Assembly (NCBI RefSeq): GCF_038025025.1
Contig: NW_027117340.1
Coordinates: 682,001-746,000, forward strand
Source: Phyllosticta citribraziliensis
Taxonomy: Eukaryota
Direction of reading: 5' to 3'
Length of the DNA: 64,000 nucleotides
Shown: one piece after another, positions 56,901 through 64,000 of the stretch
Layout: every line of letters starts with the position of its first letter
Position numbering within the stretch: the stretch's first letter is position 1
Notes under the pieces: generated by a model
Databases searched by the model: none
Seen by the model: only the letters and a program-made list of their open reading frames with translations
Told to the model about the DNA's origin: nothing
Program-made: the position numbers and the translations under genes

Positions 56901-58312
56901 GAAACCAGGCAGGTGGCAACAACTAATAAACATATAAGTGTTAGTATTATTACGATACTTAGTATAGCTAATAGGGTTATTAATTCTAGTATACTAGATA
57001 AGAAAAGCATTATATAAGCTAGCTTAGGTTTTAACTAATAAGTAGTTAAATTACTAAGTAGAAACTATAATATATAAGTAAGATATACTATTACCTAAGG
57101 CCAAGATATATTTAGCGCGCTCTTATACTTTAGAACTACTAAGGTATACCTATATAGTTAGTCAGATAAGAATCCCTTATATTAGTAAGATAAACTTACT
57201 CGCGCGATACTCTCTATATTCTTATAAGAGATATAAAGTATTAACTTAAAGTCCTACTTAATAGGTACCTTATTAGAGCCAACTAGTAATGCTATAATAT
57301 AAATCTCACTGTTACTACTATTATATAAAGTAGCAGGTAGTAAGTACTCAGCTACTAGAACCTAATAAGCTATAGGATTATAATGATAGTATATATAAGT
57401 AGGCTCTTTACCTTCTTCCTCTAAAACAGGCTATGTGACAGTGAACTAGTAGTAATATAGTATAATAGGCTAGTTAGTAGTAGGCTATATAGCTATAGAT
57501 AATAAACCTTACGTAATAACTAATAATACTAATTAAGCAGAACCTAATACTATAGTATACTATAGGTAAAGTAATAAGCCTATAGTAGTTCCTAGCTAAA
57601 TAAGTAAAGCCTGGCCTAACTAAGTATTTATATAAGTGTCCTCCTCTATAATTATATTAGTCAGCAAGATGGGATAATAAAGTAGTAAAACCTAGATATA
57701 TAATACTACTTAATAGCCTAGATAATAATTAGTAATAGTCTAAAGAGATAGAATTAAAGTTTACTTACCTTAGGACTCTATATAATAGCCCTTATAGATA
57801 CTACTAGCTAAAATAGCTCTCTAAGTAAGCGGCGACTATAATAGATTATAAATAATACTATATAATGATAACTTAATACTATAACTCTTATATAATAGTA
57901 ATAAGTCCTGATAGACCAGACTATAATAAGTAGTAGATATATTAAGTATATAGTAGCTAGGAATATCTGCTTTACTATTAGTAGGGTATAAATTATTTAA
58001 ATTATTAGAACCTTTATATATAATAGTTAGTTTACTAGATTATAGCTAAATTAGACTAGGATAATAATGTACTTTAATAGGGAGCTTTAGATATAGCTAA
58101 GTAAGATGGCAACCTTCTATAGGTCGCGCGGTAAAAGAGATAGTAATAGAAAGAGATAGTATAGTAATAGACCTAGACTAATAATTATACTTTATAACTA
58201 TATAGAATGCTTAAATTACTAAATTACTACTGTTATATATTATAAGTCTATACCTATATAAGCACCTATAGCTGCTAATTCCCATGATTTTAGCTTCTCT
58301 TTAGGGGGGGCA

Positions 58313-58780
58313 TGTTATGATAGGTATATACGTGCCTATATAAGTACTAGGGCCAGTATAGATAAACCTGGTATTATATAGTAGGTAAGTACCAGGGCCA
58401 GTATAGATGAACCTGGTATTATATAGTTATAGGAAGCATGAGCCTTACCTTAAGTAGTAGCCTACTATAGCTTAGGCTGAAACCTATAGGCTAGTACTAG
58501 CTACTATAGCCTAGCACTAGCTACTACAGCCTTAGGAAGATACCACATAATAGCCTATTAATACCTTACCTTTATAACTTACCTAATAATAACTAAGGAC
58601 CCTTATATAAAGGATAAGAGATAGAATAGTATAAAGGAAGGACTAGGAAATATATAGGTAGTAAGTATCTTTTATATTTTATTCTTTTAACTTATTATAT
58701 TTAATTAAGATATATATATATTCTCTAGCAGTTTGCCTTTAGCCCTTACCTGTGCAATGAGAAATCTGCAAGTCGTGACA
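58313..58780 (+). repeat. 3' LTR of gypsy copy B
   Basis: Follows the PPT; ends aatctgcaagtcgtgaca. Confidence 0.9.
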
Positions 58781-59070
58781 GAATATATACTACCTATTAT
58801 AATAGTAAATTAAATAAATAAATAGATAGATAGATAGAGCTAAGAGCTAGTATAAGTAGTATTAACCTACCTAGATAGAATAGACTACTACTATAGCTAG
58901 GATAACTATTATCTAGGACACTATAATACCTTGCCTTAGATAATAGATTTATGCGCATTTAATATAACGCATCACGTTAATGTAGTGCAGAACCTGCATT
59001 CATAGTGCCATGGTGAGTAAAGGAAAGCTGGTCGTCTAACAGTTCAGAAACACTTCAGTCGAAAATTGCA

Positions 59071-60024
59071 CTAGAACAGGTACCCTCTCTCCCTCGTCAT
59101 GTCCGCCACCCACGTTCTCAAAGCTCCAAAGTCCCGACAGGTGTGTCTCCTCTCTGTCTCTCCAATGAGCAACACACTCGTCTTCTCTTCTCCATTTTCG
59201 ACAGTTTTCCACTCGGTCGCCTTGAGCGACACAGGCGTCACGTCAGCGCTGCACATGAGCGCCTCGCGGATCTGGTTGATGCAGTGATCGATGTGGACGC
59301 GCTCGAACCCAGGCTGGATCTCGTGCGAGTGCGTCTTTCCGTGTGTGGCCTCGCCGCCACCGGTGCCGTCGGTCTGGAAAAAGCTGGCATCGTCGACGTG
59401 CTTGCGCAACATGTTTAGGCAGTGCAGGTTATGCAGGACGTCCACGCCGGCGTACTTTTTGCCTTCTTTTTCCTCCAGGCCGGCAGCGTGCGGAAGGCCC
59501 GTAATGGGGTAGACATGCGGGTCGTCCCCCTTCGAGCTGTCGCGCATGCCATCAATGGCGTCAACCTCGGCGTCTGTGAGGGCAAAGTAGCGAGGTGAGG
59601 TCAAGTCGTTCCAGGCCTTGTCGCGCTCTTCCGAGGGTGGACCCACGAAGCGGGATGCCTCGGGGTCCTTGATGCCGTAAAGGGTACCATTGTCGTACAT
59701 GCGGAACGGATACTCAAACCGCCGCTCTGATGGCTCGAAGATGTGTGCTGGAACCGTGGGGAAGTCGGTGGGTGCCCGTAACGCGTTCGCCGGTTTGGAG
59801 TGGAAGACATTCCTTCCGTCAAAGAATTGGGCCACGTTGGTAAGAGCTAGGACAGCCGTGGCTATTTGCCATGGTCGCTGAGGTTTTCTCTTGAGAATTG
59901 AGAGGGGGCGGGCGTCCACGTCGTCCCGGTTCGACCTGAAGTCCTGTTCATGCTTGGAAAAGGCTGCGTCAGCCTCTGCCACGGGCAGAAGTCGGTATGA
60001 CTGATCAGAGGTGTTCTCGGGCAT
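59071..60024 (-). CDS. DUF3328 / UstYa-family oxidase (putative RiPP-modifying enzyme), ~317 aa, apparently intronless
   Basis: Two HxxHC motifs (VLHNLHCLNMLRK; VHIDHCINQIREALMCSADVTPV), FVGPPSEERDKAWNDL and C-terminal HTCRDFGALRTW form the canonical DUF3328 motif set. N-terminal hydrophobic anchor PWQIATAVLALTNVAQFF. Likely ATG at 60024 (MPENTSDQSYRLL). Confidence 0.92.
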   Translation of the reverse strand: MPENTSDQSYRLLPVAEADAAFSKHEQDFRSNRDDVDARPLSILKRKPQRPWQIATAVLALTNVAQFFDGRNVFHSKPANALRAPTDFPTVPAHIFEPSERRFEYPFRMYDNGTLYGIKDPEASRFVGPPSEERDKAWNDLTSPRYFALTDAEVDAIDGMRDSSKGDDPHVYPITGLPHAAGLEEKEGKKYAGVDVLHNLHCLNMLRKHVDDASFFQTDGTGGGEATHGKTHSHEIQPGFERVHIDHCINQIREALMCSADVTPVSLKATEWKTVENGEEKTSVLLIGETERRHTCRDFGALRTWVADMTRERGYLF

Positions 60025-60687
60025 GGTTGAGGAGAGGTGAAGAAGGCGTGTCTCTAAGATCTCTACACAGAGGAGTGTGGAAACTTTGTCAAGAAGCTGC
60101 CGCCGGACTTGCCATGTTCGGACCCGACCATAACGCGTGATGCCGAACATCGGTGGAGAGATCAGGCCTTCCCCCGCAAACGAACACGAGGTTGTCTTAT
60201 CAGATCATCGTTGCCAGTAACTGGAATGGCCAAGGAGATCCACTGTACACGTTAGAGAAATGCACCAAATCACCAACCACCAGCGCGACCTGCCCATTCG
60301 AGTCAGGAACCCGAAATGTTCGGGCTTGGCACCGTCATTGGCCTGAGCGGTCCGAGCTTGGCGTTCGGCGGTAAGCCGCCCTGGCAGCAGCCGTCACCCG
60401 GAGCCTATCTGATTCGGGTAGCGTTATCTGATCATTACCGCAGTGAGATTCTTAATTCAAGCTTCAACTTAAGCATGGGTCTCGCCTGGCTCTTGAATCG
60501 CCGTGACCGTCATCAGAGGAGTGCCCGGAGCCATTTTGAAAAGCCGATTGGAAAACTCCGGCTCTAGGACTCACGGGTGCATTTGCACACAGGTATATCA
60601 GACCATGATCTTTCGCCATCAGGTCGAGCCATTGCGCTCTCAGTTCCTCTCAACAGCCTCAGCAACCTCGCCGCCTCAAAAGTCAAG
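60025..60687. promoter_or_regulatory. Shared divergent promoter of the DUF3328 and precursor genes
   Basis: 663 bp between head-to-head ATGs. CCCGGAGCC at 60397 and 60524, inverted CTCCGG at 60556, TATA-like GTATAT at ~60593. Confidence 0.5.
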
Positions 60688-61629
60688 ATGAAGTTCCAGA
60701 TTTCCATCGTTGCCGCCCTCGGTATGTCCGCCTTCCACGTCGGCTCCATTCCCCTTGGCACTGGATCTCAATTTCTGACACATTTTCAGCTGCCGGCGTC
60801 ATGGCCGCTCCCGTCCCCGACGGTCCCATGTAAGTGTTCAAGAACAACCAAAGGTTTTTCCATTGCTGACCAAACCAGCTGCGTTGGCGGTGGCACCTCG
60901 TGCGTCAAGGCCCGTGACACTAGGGTTGAGAAGCGCGACGGTCCCATCTGCGTTGGTGGCGGCACCTCGTGCGTTAAGGCTCGCGACGGCCCCATCTACA
61001 TTGACCCTGAGGTTGAGAAGCGTGATGGTCCTATCAACATCGACACCACCACCAACGAGAAGCGCGACGGTCCTATCTGCGTTGGCGGCGGCACCTCATG
61101 CGTTAAGGCTCGCGACGGCCCCATCTACATTGACCCTGAGGTCGAGAAGCGTGATGGTCCTATCAACATCGACACCACGACCCATGAGAAGCGCGACGGT
61201 CCCATCTGCGTTGGCGGCGGTACCTCGTGCGTCAAGGCGCGCGACGGTCCCATTTACATTGACCCTGAGGTCGAGAAGCGCGACGGCCCCATCTACATCG
61301 ACCCTGAGGTCGAGAAGCGTGACGGCCCCATTTGCCTTGGTGGCGGCACCTCCTGCGTCACTGGCAAGGCCAAGCGCGAGGCTGAAGCTGAGGTCGAGAA
61401 GCGCGACGGTCCTATCTGTGTTGGCGGCGGCACTTCGTGTGTCAAGGCGCGTGACGGCCCCATCTACATTGACCCCGAGGTTGAGAAGCGTGATGGCCCC
61501 ATCTGCTTGCCTGGAAGCACCAGTGTCTACTGCAACAAGAAGCGCGCGGCCGAGGCCGAGGCTGAGGTCGAGAAGCGCGACGGCCCCATCTGCCTCGGCG
61601 GCGGCCTCTCGTGCGTCACTGGCAACTAA
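60688..61629 (+). CDS. Secreted Kex2-processed repeat protein (KEP), putative dikaritin RiPP precursor, 274 aa; exons 60688-60721, 60790-60829, 60879-61629
   Basis: Introns 60722-60789 (GTATGT..CTGAC..CAG) and 60830-60878 (GTAAGT..CTGAC..CAG) splice to give signal peptide MKFQISIVAALAAGVMA-APVP and restore a perfect first DGPICVGGGTSCV unit. Fifteen DGPI-initiated units follow, separated by KR/KAR/KKR, with EAEAEVE spacers. Confidence 0.9.
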   Translation: MKFQISIVAALGMSAFHVGSIPLGTGSQFLTHFQLPASWPLPSPTVPCKCSRTTKGFSIADQTSCVGGGTSCVKARDTRVEKRDGPICVGGGTSCVKARDGPIYIDPEVEKRDGPINIDTTTNEKRDGPICVGGGTSCVKARDGPIYIDPEVEKRDGPINIDTTTHEKRDGPICVGGGTSCVKARDGPIYIDPEVEKRDGPIYIDPEVEKRDGPICLGGGTSCVTGKAKREAEAEVEKRDGPICVGGGTSCVKARDGPIYIDPEVEKRDGPICLPGSTSVYCNKKRAAEAEAEVEKRDGPICLGGGLSCVTGN

Positions 61630-61899
61630 ATACGCCACTCGAGAGAGCACCGGCATTGACAACAGTCGTGGCGCAGCGTGGCATCTCTTCGCTGTTCTGA
61701 GAGGACCCTTTCGGAGAATTTTGGGAGGGAATAGACAGGCTGCAATGTCTAGACCTAACACTAAAACATCTAATGGCAGTATTAGAGCAAGAGATCTAAG
61801 GGGAGGAAGTGTCTTTATAGTCTACAACAATTGTACACATCTAGGCACCTTTTAAAATGCTAGCTTCGTCTATCACTTCTTGATTGCCCTATAGTGACC

Positions 61900-64000
61900 T
61901 TTACCTTCTATCCCTTTACTTCTAGCGAATTTTAGATAGATGGGAGGGGAGGTTTTTTTTTTAAAAAAAAATAAAAAAGGTAAGTAGGGGTAGAGAGGCA
62001 TAGGCACATATTTAGTAAAGCTATAGAAGCTATTTCTTCTTCTTTATAGGATATAATAATCTAACTAGATATTTATAGTACTAATTTAGGTATAAGAGTT
62101 ATCCTATTTCTTAGGCTATCTATATAGCTAAAGTACCTATCTCCTATAACTACTAAGCTTACTAAGCTTACCCTTAGTATCTAATAGCTATAGTAGATCC
62201 CTATAGAATCTACTACTATAGGTAGTAGCTAAAGTAGTTTATAGATACTCTTACCTATATCTACTATCTAGCCCTCTATTATATACTTAATTAATCTATA
62301 TACTTAATCTATATACTAAAATCTATAAACCTAATCTATATACTAATCTACTAAACTATAGTAAAAGGAGGGAAAGGAAATAGGGGGAATTTTACTTATT
62401 ATTATTATCTATTACTATCTACTCTAGATTCTTCTCTTATTTACCTCTAGTATCTAAGAGGTAGGAGCCTATAACTATAGGATCCTACTCTAATCTAATC
62501 TTAGCTATAGTATTATTATCCTAAGACTATTTACTACTTAAGTACTTAGATTATAACTAGTTATTATTATTATTATTAATTACTCTATTAACCTTATATA
62601 TTATACTATTCTTATTATTCTTATCTATAGTACTATTAGTATTAGACTTATCTTTATTATTATATAGGTTAGTTAAGGCTAATATCTTATTTTTAAGATT
62701 AATATTTTCTCTACTATCTATTATACTAGGGTATTATATTATAGATAGAAGTACTAAGGGTCTACTAATCTAGGGTTACTTAGAGCTAGGCTTATTAGGT
62801 CTAGGTACTAGCTTAGTCTTTATAGGCTACTTCTTCTTAGGCTTAATTATAGTTATAGAGGTCTTAGAATTCTTACTCTTAGGATTCTTACTATTATTAG
62901 TCTTTAAGCTATATTATAGTTTATTACTTAACTTCCTAGATCTAGTTATACTAGTAAATATACCCTAGTAGTATAGTATAGGTATTATAAGGCTAGATTT
63001 ACTAGGTATTATACGCTATATAGCGCGTATAGTTTATATTTTATAGTATTTAGTACTTAGTATTTACTACTTATATATATACTGGCTATTTATACTAGCT
63101 AAGGAGTAGATAGTTATTCTATATAGGCTATATAATAACTACTCTTACTCCCTACCTATTAATTATTAGTAGTCTATATTAATTTACTCTACTAGGTACT
63201 ATAATACTATTAATAGGTCTCTTACTACTTATAAGAGGATAAGACTTATTATCTATCCCTTACTAATAAGTTTTCTTACTTTAATTATGCCCTATATAGT
63301 ATTAGGATAAAATACTATATATTTAGATATACTAGAAGCTCTAGGTATTATTATTATTTATAGTTATAGCCTTAGATAAGGCTAGTAAGTAAGATTATAA
63401 GCTATTATAGCTCTAGATATAATAGAGACTTATTATCTTATTATATAATATAGTTAGGAACCTATATAATAGCTAAGAGTAGCTAGTCTACTAGTAGTAC
63501 TAAGCTATTAGCTACCCTCTAAATAATACTAATAGCTAGCTAGTAGTTAGCTACTACTAGCCTATTATCTACCTAACCTATTACCTTAGTAGGTAATAAT
63601 AATAATAAACTACCTATTACTACTACTATTCTAATAATATAATAGCTCTAGGAGTAGGTCCTAGGACTTGTATAGGTAATTTATAATAGGGGTAATATAC
63701 TAGGCTATAAGGTCTAGTACTAGTTTACTAATCCTAAGTACTAGTCTAGTAGTAGCTCTTATAAGGACTATTATATATAGTATAGTAGTATTAAGGATAA
63801 GCGATTATTTAATACTTATTATAAGCTAATAGATTACCTAATTAGTAGATAGTTTCTAAGTAACTATTTACCTTATACTAGGGTATATAAGTATAGGAGA
63901 TAATACTAAGTAAGAGAGTATATAAATAAGATAGAAGTTAAATTAGTACTAAGTCTACTTAGGAGTATTAATTATAAGAAAATAAAGATAGCTATCTATA
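61900..64000. repeat. AT-rich RIP-degraded repeat DNA, continuing beyond the window; includes copy 2 (~63011-63814) of the 27.7-28.5 kb repeat
   Basis: Same TpA-saturated composition as the main block; direct similarity to 27681-28480. Confidence 0.9.

Larger units (their letters stand above)
50481..58780 (+). mobile_element. Full-length RIP-inactivated Ty3/gypsy (chromovirus) LTR retrotransposon, copy B (8300 bp), same family as copy A and inverted relative to it
   Basis: 468-bp LTRs at 50481-50948 and 58313-58780 (tgtcacga...tcgtgaca). PPT tttagggggggca before 58313. RT relic ~53980-54030, RNase H ET(D)(A)S(D) ~54441, integrase (G)PFKI ~56040, chromodomain (E)(W)EVD..I...KL(Q)YQVK(W)T(G)Y ~56210-56290. 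Flanks taata/gaata match only 4 of 5. Confidence 0.92.
27400..58950. repeat. AT-rich block of nested, RIP-degraded transposable elements
   Basis: Abrupt switch to very AT-rich sequence saturated with TpA/TAG/CTA, depleted of CpA/TpG and CpG, with almost no ORFs. Paired repeat copies differ mainly by C>T/G>A transitions. Confidence 0.95.

Noticed and set aside
38428..58920. tgtcc...ggaca as termini of a large element enclosing the middle gypsy and copy B
   Set aside because: Only a very short inverted match, with no matching TSD and no LTR-length direct repeat found.
60025..60150. 42-aa N-terminal extension of the DUF3328 ORF from 60150
   Set aside because: Looks like 5' UTR read-through; ATG 60024 (TCAACCATG context) gives a typical DUF3328 N-terminus. 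Not fully excluded.
60577..60878. Unspliced N-terminus of the 350-aa ORF (MHLHTG...QFLTHFQLPASWPL...)
   Set aside because: Two canonical introns (68+49 = 117 nt) keep the frame open by chance. The spliced form from ATG 60688 gives a clean signal peptide and an intact first repeat.
60931..61620. Regularly spaced repeats as a CRISPR array or non-coding minisatellite
   Set aside because: Eukaryotic context; the repeats are codon-phased and synonymously varied, and the intervening sequences are themselves repeated.
60863..61855. 330-aa alternative-frame ORF and 221-aa antisense ORF (61096..61761) over the precursor
   Set aside because: Shadows of a GC-rich in-frame tandem repeat; synonymous variation fits only the DGPI frame.
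27400..64000. Starship-type giant transposon carrying the RiPP cassette
   Set aside because: No DUF3435 tyrosine-recombinase captain is recognisable, and the TTTAC repeats are the TSD of gypsy copy A. An RIP-erased captain cannot be excluded but is unsupported.

Overview
Fungal genomic DNA, most likely from a filamentous ascomycete (short GT-AG introns with CTRAC branch sites, RIP-type mutation), in two contrasting compartments. Positions 1-27.4 kb are a GC-balanced core-gene region: GAA1, a SprT/GCNA-like protease, a P-loop sulfotransferase-like gene, an arylsulfotransferase, an MFS transporter, an SQS1-like R3H/G-patch protein, ATG4, divergent H2B/H2A, complex I NDUFB9 and KGD2. Positions ~27.4-58.9 kb and ~61.9-64 kb are extremely AT/TpA-rich RIP-degraded repeats. 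They include two full-length Ty3/gypsy chromovirus copies in inverted orientation (29449-37692, 50481-58780) and a third gypsy relic between them. A ~2.9-kb GC island (~58.95-61.85 kb) in this repeat DNA holds the main finding, a divergent two-gene cassette. One gene encodes a DUF3328/UstYa-type oxidase with two HxxHC motifs. The other encodes a secreted Kex2-type repeat precursor with 15 DGPI-initiated units of three classes: two-Cys DGPICVGGGTSCV-type, Tyr-containing DGPIYIDPEVE, and DGPINIDTTTxE. This looks like a minimal dikaritin-type RiPP system whose cores I do not recognise. The Cys spacing also resembles ascomycete alpha-pheromones. All calls come from reading the sequence by eye; no database searches were run.
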